Counted from the first letter of the stretch, positions 27,870 through 42,466 are shown. The stretch is DNA of 64,000 bases from Octopus vulgaris (GCA_951406725.2 OX597829.1:33294001-33358000); one strand, 5' to 3'. Program-made: numbers and translations. The notes: a model not told the origin generated them from the letters alone.

Positions 27870-28660
27870 ACACTTTTATCACCTTCAAAGTATTCTCCAT
27901 TTGAAGCAATGCACTGGTCCAAGCACGTTTTCTACTTTGCAAAGCAGTGCTGGAACTCTTGCAAAGTGATGCCTTTTAATGTCTCTATCATTTTTTTCTT
28001 CACCTCTTCCACATCTGCAAATTCTGTAGCACCAGCTTTCATCACCAGTGATGACCTTCGAAAAAAAGGTCCAGATCAACTTACAACTGTTCTTTCAGTT
28101 CACGACACACATTCAGTCATGGCTGCTTTTGATCTTCCTTGAACAAGCAAGGCACAAATTTTGCTGCAACTCTTTTCATTAGCAATCCTTGCTAAAAGTT
28201 CGTTGGCAGGGGCTTCAGGACACACCAGTCATATTGACAAGTTCATCAGTTGTTTGGTGACAGTCCTTTGAGATCAGTTCATGAACTTTCATGATGTTTT
28301 CATTCATTTGAGAGGTCAATGGTCACTCTGAATGACGTTGGTCATCAAGCAACAAGTGACCATTCTTAAAGCATGAAAACCACTTGTAGACTTGTGTTTT
28401 GCTCATGGCAGAGTCCCTGTAAGCTGTTTGAAGCATGACAACTGTTTCAGCTGCCATTTTCCCCAGCAGAAAACAGAATTTCATGGAAGTACACTGTTCC
28501 TTCATTTCAGCCACTACAAAAATCAACTAACAAGGAAGAAGCATAGCAAGAAAAATATGCACCACGTGGCAGTACAATTTCACACACTGCCACTGGTCAG
28601 CAGACTGATGCTTAGATCTGCTGTGAATGCACACTGTATTTTAACATTCTAGCTCACTTC
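27870..28660 (-). mobile_element. Internally deleted mariner relic
   Basis: HTH region MKFCFLLGKMAAETVVMLQTAY..KTQVYKWFSCFKNG and VITGDESW. Confidence 0.85.
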
Positions 28661-28734
28661 CACTGTTTACAACAGTGCTTAGAAGGAACATATGTAGCAT
28701 TTGATTATTGCATTGACAATGACAGAAAGTTGTC

Positions 28735-29345
28735 ATGGTGATACCTGCTCAGAGGCCTATGCAAAGTAGTAGAAAGTGTATGGAGAGGAGTGTATGAGTG
28801 GTTCAGACATTTCCAAATTGGTAAAAAAATTGTTGATAGTGACAAACATTCTCGGAGCCCCGCAATCAGCAGAATCGAGAAAATCATTGCAGATGTGCGT
28901 GTGGCTGTGAGGGGAAATCGTTGAATCTCCATCTGTGAGTTATCAGAGGTGATGCAGATTAGTTCAGTTGTGTCCATTATCACTGAAGATTTGGGTATGA
29001 AACACGTCTACCAAGTTTGTGGCAAAACTGCTTTTGGCAGACCAAAAACTCAGGTTTCAGTTGCACAAGATATCCTCGGTTGTATCAAGAATGATGAAAA
29101 CTTTGCATAGGCCTTTGAACAGGTATTGCCAAGCTTTTGGCAAAATTTGATGCAGATTCCCTGCTCAACTTTGTCACATGCTACACACCTTCCTTCCAAG
29201 CACTGCTGTAAACAGTGGAAGTGAGTTAGAATGTTAAAACTTAGTGCACATACACAGCAGAGTTCAAGGTCAATCTGTGCCAAGCAGCTTTATTCTGTGT
29301 GCTTTAGCTTTGTTACTATGGCAACGGTCCAGATACTTATTGATC
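28735..29345. mobile_element. Mariner relic with inverted duplication of the transposase N-terminus
   Basis: Plus strand VYEWFRHF..EDLGMK; minus strand EQGICIKFCQKLGNTCSKAYAK; ATACCTGxTCAxAGGCCTATGCAAAGT present in both orientations (~28741 and ~29100-29128). Confidence 0.75.
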
Positions 29346-30670
29346 AGATCATGTATATTGTTTTACTCTGGGCATAATTATGCTTCTGGTAGACAAACAT
29401 TTATAAATATATACACAATCTATTCCTATACTAGGTGCAGAGGGTCATTCAGTACAAAGAGAACCCTGGAAAAAGACTCACTCAAATGCCCAGATAATTT
29501 TCTAGAAGTTCAATAGTTTTAGTTACCTAAGTGTCTTAATTAGCAATTCTCTCTCTCTCTCTTTCCCCCTCTCCCTCTGTGCATCTGTGTGTGCGTGCAT
29601 GCATGCGCATGTGCACGCACGTGTGTGTATGGTCCTCTGAAAGCATAATAGCCAGAATAAGAATGGGTAAGAAAAATTTCAGGTAGCCACCATCTGTATT
29701 TGCAACAAGACTCACCTTCTGAGTGAAGAGCTGTTTGTATGATACTTGTATACAATGTATGATATTAGTGAGTCATAGGACTTGAATGCAGAGAATTTGC
29801 AATGAGTAAAAAGAAACGAAGTGAGCAAGCTTCACTGGGTGTGTAATGTGAGTATATAGGAAGACTGAAATGCAAAAGACTCAAGATGGAATCTGTGTAT
29901 GAGAGGAGCCAAATGTATGGTAAGAAGCTTGCTTTTGAACCACATGTTTCGAGGTTCAGTTCCACTGCATGGTATCTTGGGCAAGTGTCTTCTATTTTAG
30001 AATTGGGCTAACCAAATTCTTGTGAGTGGATTTGGTGAACATAAACTGAAAGAAGCTGTAGTATATATGTATGTTATGTGTGTGTGAGTGTGTAGAGTAC
30101 AATTGTGATTCCACTTGGGAGTTTACCAATTGTAGTGTACAAATGGGAAGTTACCTGATGTAGAAATAGGAATTCTTATTCCATGTTGGGTCACTACATG
30201 TACATGGTCAAAAGCAGGATGAGACAGTATAACAACATTGCAGAGAAAAGAATAATATTTACAGATTTTATTTGCTGACAGTGATCAGTATCATAAACTT
30301 AGTAATTGTAGTAAATGACAATGACAACAACATGTGTGTGTTGGAAAGCCAAGTTAAAAGTCTGCTGTCAGAGAGGAAGAAAGGGTAAGAATTGCATTAT
30401 CCATTTTCATTTGGCCAAAAGATGTCACTCAGCTGGCTAAAGATCAAAGTGAAAGAAGCAAACCTTTCATCAGTTATATATGGTTTGGTCAGGAAGTAAG
30501 TCAAACCTAAAACAAAGTATTGACCTTTCTATGAACACTGAAGGCTTTGGAGGTCAGATTATTCCCATTAATCTCCCAGCATAGAGATAAGCAACAGGTG
30601 TATGGATTTGGTTTTGAATCTCAGCTAAGCAGCGGAAAACAATCTCCTACAATATATATATATATATATA

Positions 30671-31231
30671 TAAGGGACGTTAGCCATCCGAATGTGGCTA
30701 GGGACAGGGCAGGGCGGTGGGGGTGTTACTGACGCATTTAGCCCTAGGCGATCATCAACGTCACCAGAAGGGCTGACGCCATCACGGCGTCCTCTAGCCT
30801 ACAAAGGGAGATCATTCCCCGAAGAAGCGGATGCCACATACGGACCCAGGTTTCAAGGTGTTTGCCTATTGTCAACGTATGGCAGGCACCGCCCCTCAAC
30901 GAACGACTCTCTGTGCAGGCTATCTATATAAAGATTTTCACAGTAAATACATTTACTGATGTAGAAAATCTGTTCGACAGCAATAATAATTCTCTAAACG
31001 AGGTATATACAGTAACTGCTCCATAACATAAGGGACGTTAGCCATCCGAATGTGGCTAGGGACAGGGCAGGGCGGTGGGGGTGTTACTGATGCATTTAGC
31101 CCCAGGCGATCATCAACGTCACCAGAAGGGCTGACGCCATCACGGCGTCCTCTAGCCTGCAAAGGGAGATCATTCCCCGAAGAAGCGGATGCCACATACG
31201 GACCCAGGTTTCAAGGTGTTTGCCTATTGTC
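30671..31231 (+). repeat. Tandem LTR-like repeat: 359-bp unit plus ~200-bp near-identical second copy
   Basis: 30671-30873 and 31030-31231 differ at only about 3 positions; unit ends CCATAACA and contains TATATAAA. Confidence 0.85.
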
Positions 31232-31248
31232 CCCAGACATAACAGAAT

Positions 31249-31285
<37 letters not shown>

Positions 31286-31709
31286 CGCAGATACATGTGT
31301 GCTTTCACATATTACATGTATACAGGTCAGATCAGAGTAAGATTCTCTGTAGTACATAACCTGATTCTGCAGCCAAATTATATGAATTTTCAGAGGACAT
31401 TTGAATTACCCACACTTTCTATAGATGAAAAAGCTTTGAGTTGGCAGTGTACTTTACTAATTATAAGCATAATAAAGTTATCACGAACAAGTAGAAGCAC
31501 TTACTAAAGATCTGAGGATTTTTACATACTTTTAGACAGACATAGTCTATGTATCTCAATGTCTATTGCATGTATTTGGATGTTAAGTTTATACATATAA
31601 CTCCATTTCAAATGTTCTGTTAATTACAATCATTAACATTTTCATAGGAAGGTTTTGATTTATGTATGAGACCATTCTATTCTATGACAGGTAACACCTG
31701 TGAAAGTTT

Positions 31710-31970
31710 GAGTTGCTTTAGTCACTGGACTGCGGCCATGCTGGAGCATCACCAAGAAGGGTTTAGGTGAACAAATTATTCCCAGGCTTATATTTTTGTA
31801 AGTCTGTTACTTATTCTATCAGTCTCTTTTGTCAAACTGCTAAGTTCTGGGGACATAAACAAACCAACACCTGTTGTCAAACAGAGGTGGGGGACAAACA
31901 TAAACTCAATGACACCCCCACCCCCACCCATATGCACACATACACACTCAAATGCGCACACACAAACATG

Positions 31971-32008
<38 letters not shown>

Positions 32009-32177
32009 TACACATGCACATGATGGGTATCCATACAGTTTTCATCCTCCAAAATCCACTCACAAGACCTGGGGCTATAGAAGAAGATATTTATCAAAGG
32101 TACAGCACAGTAGGATTGAACTTGAAATGGCATGGTTGCAAAGCGAGCCTCTTAACCACACAGACAAGCTTATGCCT
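31710..32177 (-). mobile_element. SINE family A, diverged copy
   Basis: Reverse-complement homology to 9899-10298. Confidence 0.75.
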
Positions 32178-32458
32178 ATTTTCCATTATTTTATTATAAT
32201 ATAAAATTACATTCCACATAGGCGTTAGGAAGGGCATCCAGCCGTAGAAACACTGCCAGATCTGACTGGGCCTGATGTGGCCTTCCGGCTTCACAGACCC
32301 CAGTTAAACCGTCCAACCCATGCTAGCATGGAAAACGGGCACTAAATGATGATGATGATGATGATGATGATGATCTGTATATTTTTTTGTTTCTAAATGT
32401 GTAAATGCACACACACACACACATACATGCATGCATGCATGTATATGTGTGTGTGCAC

Positions 32459-32492
<34 letters not shown>

Positions 32493-32655
32493 ACACACAC
32501 TCACTCACACTCTCACACACACATTCACACATCCATGCACATACACATACACAAAAATAGATACATGCACGTATACACACAAGTGAGAATTAAAGCAAGT
32601 GTGAGTTTGTATATTACATTACATGGAATAGCAAAGAGCAGGGAAAGAGAAATAT

Positions 32656-32762
<107 letters not shown>

Positions 32763-33454
32763 ACTAAAATAAGTGACAGTTAAATTAAAATGTTTTACAT
32801 TGGTTGTTTGACAGATAAATAAACGGGTAAGAAAGAGGCAGGTTGAGAGTCAATAAAGAATTATATTTCTAATGACAGGCCGGATGTAAAAGATGATCAA
32901 ATCATTATGTCATGTAGAGTTCAGCTAACTGCTTGACTTTGTATTTACTGGTTAAAGATTACAAGGGTCAAGGAAAAACTCGAGGAATCAAATAATCAAA
33001 ATGCTTTTGTAAAGAATATTATAGTTAATGATTAACACGAAACATCTTTTTTAATACTAACACTTATGTTTGTATAATTTATTTCCTACTTAATAAAAAC
33101 AGGCTTACCACATCTGAACATTCAACAAAAAAGGACATTTTGGTGCTATATAAATTTGAAGCAGCTGTGGTATTAATTTTGAATGTTTGTATAACTTTAT
33201 TACATAAATACATGATGAAAGTTTGTCTGTCTGCCAAATTTGACAATGACTGAACAACTGTTAATATATATCTACATTCAAAATACGTAGTGGCATTTCG
33301 TCTGTCTTTACATTCTGAGTTAAAATTCTGCTGAATTCGACTTTGCCTTTCATTCTTTCAAGGTCAATAAAATAAGTACCTGTTAAGCACTGGGGTTGAT
33401 GAAATCAACTTAACTCCTCCCTCAAAATTCTTGGTCTTGTGCCAAAATTTGAAA

Positions 33455-33762
33455 CCAGCTGAAATTGCGAAGATAATCGGGTACTTGACTGAGGAAAGAA
33501 AACTTTGAATGACCCATTCTTGTTTTCTTTGTATCGTCTATCTGGATGTTTTGATGTCCCATTTTTGTATCACCTAACTGTCCAGATGTTTTGCTTTCTT
33601 GTCCATGCTTGCCCTCTTTTTGCATCTGACTGTGGTCACTGCTACATCGATATTCTTCCCTGTGTTCGTGAACGTTTTGTATCTCTGCCATAAGGCTTCA
33701 TTTCCACACACACTAGTTGAATTCAATTCGTCCCCAGTTGAAAGACACCTGTTGTTATGTCC

Positions 33763-33796
<34 letters not shown>

Positions 33797-34100
33797 GTAT
33801 TTTTGTACTTATATTTGTGTAACATCATCTGTTTTTCCGTCCTTGTTTTCGTATACATTTGATGCTTTTTTCCAAGGAATCTAATGCTCTTTGCTTAGTT
33901 TTTCCTTGGGGCTGGCCAGATTGGAGCAATGTTAAGATTAATCAGCCAAAATTGCAAGGATGATCTGGTTCTTGACTGAGGATAGAAAGCTTCAAATGAC
34001 CCGTCCTTGTTTTTTTGTATCGTCTATCTGGATGTCTTGTCCCTTTTTGCACCACCTTGTTGTCCGGATGTTTTACGTTCTTGTCCCATTTTGTATTTTA
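33455..34100. mobile_element. Partial tandem repeat (~487-bp period), Penelope pLTR-like
   Basis: CTTGACTGAGGAxAGAAAxCTTxxAATGACCC..TGTATCGTCTATCTGGATG at ~33484 and ~33971. Confidence 0.5.
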
Positions 34101-34296
34101 TATCATCATCATCATCATCATCGTTTAACGTCCGTTCTCCGTACTAGCACAGGTTGGATGGTTCAACCGGGGTCTGGGAAGCCAGGAGGCTGCACCAGGC
34201 TCCAGTGTGATCTGGCAGTGTTTCTACAGCTGGATGCCCTTCTTAACGTCAACCACCCTGTGAGCTGCATATGTACACTTTGGTCTCTTATATGTC

Positions 34297-34343
<47 letters not shown>

Positions 34344-35142
34344 AAAGCAGATGAATGGGGTATCTACTTTTACTACATCTGTTTCATTAAGAGTCCTTAT
34401 TGTGACATAAGTATATTACTATCAAGTATATAGTATGCACAACATACATAAAATCACATATGTTACACAACTCAACCAAGCAGTGACATGTTAGTTAATC
34501 AACAGAACATTAACAAGTAAAATTTCTAATCAGAATTACCAACATCTAAGAAATGTAAAGTGGGTGTCAGTCACTAAGAATTGATGGCAGGGTGATGTAA
34601 ATTAAAGAACAGTTAAAGGTAGTTTTATTCCAAAGATGTCATTAAACTTAGTGACCTCATTCATAAATGTTGGGACTGGTAGAACATGCTTGTATATTGG
34701 CAGATAGCGGGCGTGATATTTGATCCTATCAAAACGTTTTCAAAGAACAGCTGCCAACCTTTTTCAAGAAAAAATATTTCCAGTGTTATATTGTTTTGAG
34801 GTTAACTACATTAATGATTGACATGATTAATAAATCCCAGTGTTACATGTTCACGTAATTAGTTAATCTTAATAAAAGCACTATACCTCTAGCATATATA
34901 ATACAATCTATAGATACAGGTATACAATGTACCCTATAGGTATAGAACCCCATTTAAAAAAAATTAAATTTATTCATTAAGGAACTCAAGAAATCTTCTG
35001 ACACCTTAGTCTATATAGGTTTAAGTTCAATCATAATGGAAAACTTACACCAAGGTTTACATTGGACCACATCAACTCTGAAGGATCATGGTGCACATAC
35101 CAAACCTCTTAAAACTAAAACACCAAGAATTAATCTGAAAAA

Positions 35143-35685
35143 TCATAAAAATAGCTGCAGTTTATTTTTGGTTAAATGTTTCTGATGCAGTTGACCTACT
35201 GAGAAAATAGCATCAGTAATGCTTCTCCTTGATACAAAACCAAACTGTATTTCATCTGGACTTACTATCTTCCTAATTAGTTGAACAATGACCCTTTCTG
35301 TAACTTTCATCACCTGGTTCAGCAATTTGATACCTCTGTAATTACTTCTGTTTATGGTATCTCCCTTACCTTTGTAAGAGTTGACTTTAATACTGCTATA
35401 CCAGCCATTGGGCATGATACCTTCCTTAACATTATTGGCTATATGGGTGATTAGGCTGTGTTCCACTCCATCAGATATTTGAAGCATCTTGGCAGTAATT
35501 CCTGACAGGCCAGGGGTTTTCCTTGTCTTCATATCCTTTATACTGCTGTCAACTCTGATGACTGGTCCCTCTGTTGGGTCTACATCAGTAAAACTCTTCT
35601 TCTACCATGCATTCTCCACTTTAAGTAGTCTTTTGCAGCAGTACTTCCATGCCTGTTTCTTTCCAGAATCACAAAGTGGTGAATG
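35143..35685 (-). mobile_element. RTE-like LINE RT fragment
   Basis: YKGKGDTINRSNYRGIKLL..IQFGFVSRRSITDAIFSVGQL. Confidence 0.85.
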
Positions 35686-36489
35686 AAATGTGTAATTTTG
35701 GTTTTAACTAACTTTTTTTTCCTCCTGTTACTTAGTCTGTCTGCAATGCTTTCACATGATTAGTTGAAGGGAAAGGTGAAGAGTGAAAGAAAAAGAGGGT
35801 AAGGCAAAGAGTGAGAGTGAAAGAGAGAGAGTATTGTTTATTAAGTTAATATAAACTTGGGCATAAAGTATGTAAAGTGTATATATAAAGTGCATTAAGT
35901 AATCATTGTATTCCAATTTCCTTCACTTGATTAACAGATATGCAACTACCTTTAAATACAGACACAGGCTGTACTTTCAGGTTTTTTCTGGATAAAGTTT
36001 TCAGAAATGACTCAAGAAGTTTACCATTAATTCTGTGAAATATTCATGGGTCCAGCTAGTCTATATATAAATATATATGCATACACATACATATAGATAG
36101 ATGCCTACATATGCATACACATACACATTATATCTATCCATCACTATCTCCTATTGTTTCTCACTCTCCATCACGCTATTGACATCCATCAAACTCAGTC
36201 TTCCAAACCATTGCTCCCTCCTTCACTCTTTCTCCCCTCCAGTGCTCCCTCATATCCCTTTCTCTCCCTCAATCATGTTATTTCTGTTCAATGTCCTTTT
36301 CAACAATCACCATGTAGAATTGTCTATCACTCTTATCCTTTACTTCCTCTGCCACGAACCCCATTTCTCTCAATCTGGCTTTCTTCTATTACTCTCTTGC
36401 TCTAGTTCTCTTTCACCTACCAAGAATGAGACAACTTGCTGAGTCAGGTGATCAAATGAATGAAGACAACATAGAGTAGAGAGGATTCT

Positions 36490-37250
36490 TACTCCAGCTG
36501 TGAATCCTGATGGACGAGGGCTTTGTCTTCATCTCCATGCTTGTTTTATTTATCATACTACTGCCAACTAAGATAGCTGGCTCCTCTTTCTCCCATGTCT
36601 CCTCCACTTTCAGTAACCTATCATAACTGCATTTCCATCCCTTTTTCTTTTCAGAATCACTAAGTGATTTGTCTGTACACATATCCCACGTACAAAACTC
36701 AATTCTCTCTGACATGCCATCTTCAAATATGGAACATCTCACAATTTTGATCCTCATGTTTTACTTTCTACTTCTCACTTTTCTTCATAAACCTGACATC
36801 TAGCTTCTCTCCATGTAAACTGGTATAATTCTCTGCTGCCTCCATTTTTCTAGTCATTTCAAGCTTGTCTTTGTTTTTATAGGTTTGTCAACTTCACTGT
36901 TCTACTATCGTTCTACTCTTGGTCCAACTGGGACTTAGTACTATTTAGTCACATATTTAGTCTATTGCCTTCTATGCTGTATATCTCTATCTCTTCCTCC
37001 TTTTTGTTAAATGCTCCAGCTAGGATTTTTCTGAACTTAGCTGTTTGTTGAGTCTTTAAGCTTCCATATCTTCCTTTCCTTGATCAGATTGTATATTCTT
37101 CACCTGAGCAATATTTTGAATTCACAAGTATCTATTTATCCCGTTTTCTTGTGAGAATGAAATCAATCTGACTTGTGCGTCTAGAAAGTTGATAAAGTGA
37201 CTGGTTGGTTTCCTAAAGATAATGTTGCAGATTATCAGTTCATTTGCATC
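36490..37250 (-). mobile_element. RTE-like LINE APE/linker fragment, degenerate
   Basis: SQIDFILTRK and LSDSEKKKGWKCSYDRLL, homologous to the other copies. Confidence 0.7.
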
Positions 37251-37509
37251 ATATTTGTATCTTTTTCTTTTGATATATATATGTGTGTGTTTCATTGTGA
37301 GCTTGCAAATGTGTGAATTGTATATATCTTGGTGTGATTTCGAATTGTGTCCATTTCATAAATAACTTAAAATTACATTGTTTTTGCAATAGTGGATACG
37401 TTTTAAAACCACAATGTACTGTTTCCACTAAAATAATGCAGTAGAAAAACAGAGTCTCATTTCTAATGTGGTATATATACATACATAGACAGAAAAGCAG
37501 GCCTTATCC

Positions 37510-37560
<51 letters not shown>

Positions 37561-39194
37561 TACAAACGTTTGGTGATACAAACAAGAAAAATAGAATTTA
37601 AAAACGAGTATATAAATGTATGAATGTTTTTTATTAATAATTGGCAGAAGTTACAGAGTAACTCAAGAACTGAGAGTTATGAGTGTTAGCCTTTATATAT
37701 GTAAGTTAATTATATTTTACATGTGCTATACCACAGCATACAAGCAAATAGACATCACCCTATTTGCATATAAGCCCCTGGCCAGTAATTCACTTTGTTT
37801 TGAGATGATGTAAGTCCATCATATGGACAAGTCACAATAATAGGAAAACTTTGGTATCTACCATTCTCAGTCAGTGAAGGTGAGTTGTCTTGCCTGGTCT
37901 GTGATATTCAGTGTTGTTTAACACTTGGTATTGTGTAGGGAACTTTTCCTGGACACTATCTCATAGCAAGTAAGCATTTAATCAAAACACACACACCATG
38001 TGAGATCACTAATGTTTACATTAGCACAAATCATCATGATACAGGTAACTTTTTCCAGTATTCAGATAGTTTTCAGTTCTCCATGTCACCTAACTTTTTC
38101 TCAAGTACAACTTTAATCTTTATGCTCTCTAATGCCATTATATAATGCCAATATATCAAGCTGTTCCTGAAGAAGTTGTCAAATTTAACTGAACATCATG
38201 TATGTATGTATTTATATATGTGTGTGTGTATGTATGCATGCATGTGTGTATGTATGTTCATACATACATACACACATGCTTCATGTATATATTCACTTAC
38301 TTGTTAATTTTTCATCCATTTTTCATTGGTTGGATGGAGACTTATTTGAGGCAGTATTTAGTGGGCAGATGCCCTTGCTCTTGTCAAGCCATACCTTTTT
38401 GAATCATGACTAACAAAAGCATAGAATGACAAGATGTAGTGTTAACTGAGAAGGTAAACATAGCATTACTGTTTTGCTCAGGAGATGATAAATGGAAACA
38501 TGAAATTCAACATTCATGCACACACACACACATGCATTTATGTGACGAGGTTCCATACAGTTTCCATCTATCAATTTGATTCACAAAGCATTGTTGACCT
38601 AAAACTATAGAACCCTAGATGTCACTCAGTGGAATAGACCTTAGAATTAAGAAGTTGCAGAGCAAACTTATATTTTGATCAATGGTCATTGATCATTACT
38701 TCCTCAACATGTTTATGAACATATAATGAGACTATTTGCTCTTTGTAGCAGAGTTGATGCTTTAACTTGCCATGAAATGTTCTGAAGAGCAGTCTGTTAT
38801 AATGTTATAGCACAATTGGTGCATATATATATATATATATATTTATATGCAAATTTATTTATATATGTGTAGCAGAAAGTGTAGTTTTGATTATGTAACC
38901 AACATGGATTAGGAAACAGTGTCAACAAATAGAAAACACATTCATTCACTCACTTCTTTTATCTGATCAATTTTTATACATACATACATATATATACACA
39001 CATATTTATAAAAATACATACACACACCTTACCCCATGCTAGCATGGAAAATGGACGTTAAATGTTGATGATGATGATGATGATGCTATGTGCATATATG
39101 ATAAAGATACATATGGACAAAGACATACATATGCGGATATACATATATTCAAATAGAACATGCACATGTACAAGCATACTTTTATTTATCAATT

Positions 39195-39337
<143 letters not shown>

Positions 39338-39429
39338 TCAGTTTTTCCAAGATTCTTTGTTGATAGTGTTTTTGTTTTTACTTGTTTTAGAACAACAATG
39401 ATGTTGTAAAGTCTTTCCTCAGTTTCCAA

Positions 39430-39850
39430 CTTAATAAAAGCTGCCATATAGCATCCATCCCTCCATCCATTCATTTTCCCCCAGCTACTATTCTTAAGAG
39501 GATTCTGTTGGTAGGTATCTCTTCTGTAGAATCGTATCCAATGCAACTGTCAGAACACTTTTCCAGATGGATTTCAAAGCATGAATGACTGAGATTATGG
39601 AATCCACTCATCTTGTTCTTGGTCTACCCTTAGGTCTCTTGCCTGCTGGCTTGGCTTGAGAGTCTTTCCTGTGAAATTCTAATCATATGCCCCTAGTACT
39701 GGAACTGTGACCTCTCAATGTGGAGAAATAGTGGCTTGATCAGTAGAGGCTCCTTCATATCCATTGAATATTACTCAAGAAGTTCTTTCAGGGAATCTCA
39801 TTTCAGTTACTGGTATTCACAACTGTACTCTTTTGGCCATTACCTAACAT
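39430..39850 (-). mobile_element. RTE LINE 3' fragment
   Basis: Homologous to 23400-23820 (GAGAGGTCACAG, GGTAGACCAAG, GATGG tail). Confidence 0.65.
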
Positions 39851-41224
39851 CATCATCATTAACATATGTTTTCTATGCTGGAATGGTTGGATTGCTTGAC
39901 AGGAACTGCCAAACCCAGGTTCCACACCAGGTTCCATAGTCTGTCTTGGCTTAGTTTCTATGGTTAGATGCCCTTCCTAATGCCAACCACTTTACATAAT
40001 ATACTGGGTACTTTTTATGTGGTACCATCACCAGTGCTTTTTATGTGGGACCCAGTATAAAAGATAATTTTGGATAATATTTGGGATGATGCTCTAACTT
40101 CTGAATGTAGCATTAAGTACTTCTCTTTTATTTCTTGGTTAGGATGGAAGGCAGTGCCCATGATCTTCCACAAAGTCTCCAAGATTAGTGGGAGGAAAGC
40201 ATTCTCAAACTGGAAACCTGGCTTGAATGTTTACCACAACTAAAGGCATCCAAGGTGGTGGGTGATGGTGTGAATATGGGCAATGAATTGAGTTTGCAAT
40301 TCAAGTAGACATTTGTGAAATTTGAAATCAGAATGCAAAAAAAAAAAATACTTTAAAGCAATCTTTCTGATGTTATTATTATAGTTCCACTATCTCTTTA
40401 ACTTGGATTGGTACATATTTTTATCTGTACAGATAAAAGATAGCATTAGCCTTGGCAGGAATTGAACTTACGGTGTTAATAATTAGAATGAATGCTGCAA
40501 GCCATTCTAAATGATATTCCAATGACTCTTCCAATATATCGCTTATGAGTTATTGTGATGTATTGTAGAATTGATATTTTATGGAGTTATTTACAATCTT
40601 TATTACTGAAAGGTGGCTGCAAAAGATTTAAATGTCCAGAGTCACAGAGATTTTACTTGTGATTCTATGCTCTGATGTTCTTGAAGAGAAAGCATCTAAT
40701 TTCCTTAAGCTTAACAAAACTTGAAGTAGGTCATTGCTTTGTCTTCCTTCATTACAATGAAACTGGAAAACATAGAGCTATTTTATAAGTATAAGTCACT
40801 CAGGAACAGGCTTGTGCATGCAAAGAAGGTAAACAAAGAATATAATACTGAACACAATAAGCTGTAGAATATTTAGTTTACTATATTATGGTTGAATAGT
40901 ATTGGCTGTGTAAATGTTAAATGGTGCTAAAGGTGTAATGTAATTAAATGAATAAAGTTGTTCAGTCTATTATGAATGTGCAATTTTCAGTATACCCTAT
41001 AACAACAATTTGATGGAAACAAATGTATAAATAAACGTAAATAAAGAATATACAAAGGTTGTTTTGTACACCTATTTGTGTGTATTTGCACACCAATTCA
41101 TTTTAAAGTTTAAAAATCTGAAAAAAAGTTGACATCATACATGATTATGTATATAAATAACAAATATGCCCCCAAAATAACTAAAAACCATAAATTATCT
41201 ATTCGGATGTATGCTAATTTCTAT

Positions 41225-41637
41225 CTTTTATCTTTTATTTGTTTCAGTCATTAGACTGCAGCCATGCTGGGGCACTGCCTTGAAGAATTTTTAGCTGAAT
41301 GAATTGACATCACTACTTATTTTATTTTAAGCTAGATACTTTTTATATCAGATTCTTTTGCCAAACTGCTAAGTCATGGGAACATAAACACACCAACACT
41401 GGTTGTCAAGTGGTGGTGGGAGACAAACACAGACACAAAGGCACACACACACACACACATGTATATACCTATATATAATATATATTATTTCAGTTTCTGT
41501 TTACCAAACCCATTCACAAAACTTTGGTTGGCCAGAGGTTATAGTATGATATTTGCCCAAGGTGACATGCAGTGGGACTGAACCCAGAACCACGTGGTTG
41601 GGAGGCAAACTTCTTACCACACAGCTATGCCTGAACC
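41225..41637 (-). mobile_element. SINE family A, full-length diverged copy
   Basis: Reverse-complement homology to 9899-10298. Confidence 0.8.
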
Positions 41638-41781
41638 TATGCTAATTTTTTCCTGTAACTGATACCTTTTTTTTCGGAATTTCTACAAATTTCTTATCCC
41701 AGGATCATTATTCAAGTTAGGTGACACTTTTGTATTGGGAGTGATGAAAGTGATTGATAGTGATGATGGGTGATTGTGCTA

Positions 41782-41812
<31 letters not shown>

Positions 41813-42466
41813 CAAGGAGAACATAAATGGTGATACAGATTGTACTAATGGAAATGATGTTGATGAAGGTGGGTGTTGGTGTGGTTATGTTGTGGAGAAG
41901 GTGTTGACAATAGTAATGATGATGAAGATTTTGGTGGCAAAATTGGAGGAGTTGGGGTGTTGGTGTTTAATATAGTAGAGGGTAGTAATGATGATGATGA
42001 TATTAAAGATAAGTATAGCAATAAGCCCATAAAAAACATTCTCTAAAAAGACGTAAGATGTGAGAGGCCAGGTTAACTATTAGGCTGACAGTGGATGTAC
42101 ACACATATATTCATACAAACATGCATGCACAAATACACTGACCTTGTCGGAATATATACAGAGAGATGCACTTGCAGCACCACTGCCACTATCTCTACAT
42201 TTAACTTCATCATCTAAGTTTTCTTAGCTACCAGTTGGCCTTTCCCAGACTAAGAAGAGGACATCAGTGTACCCCATCTGGCACAGAGCTGATCTATATC
42301 TCATGTAAGCTAATTCTTTTCCAAATCAGTTGAGCTATAATTCATTATGTTACTTTTATATCCAGGTCCATTAATGATTCCTCTGTAGTTGTTTCTTTTT
42401 TAGAGCATATTTGCCTGTGTAAAAGTTGATAGTCCTGATGCTGCACCAATTTTGTGACATATTATA

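Noticed and set aside
40143-40254. Plus-strand coding exon after a strong polypyrimidine acceptor
   Set aside because: Stops in all three frames, weak donor and no recognisable homology
41754-42039. Asp-rich or Ser/His-rich ORFs
   Set aside because: Degenerate (GAT/GGT)n low-complexity tract
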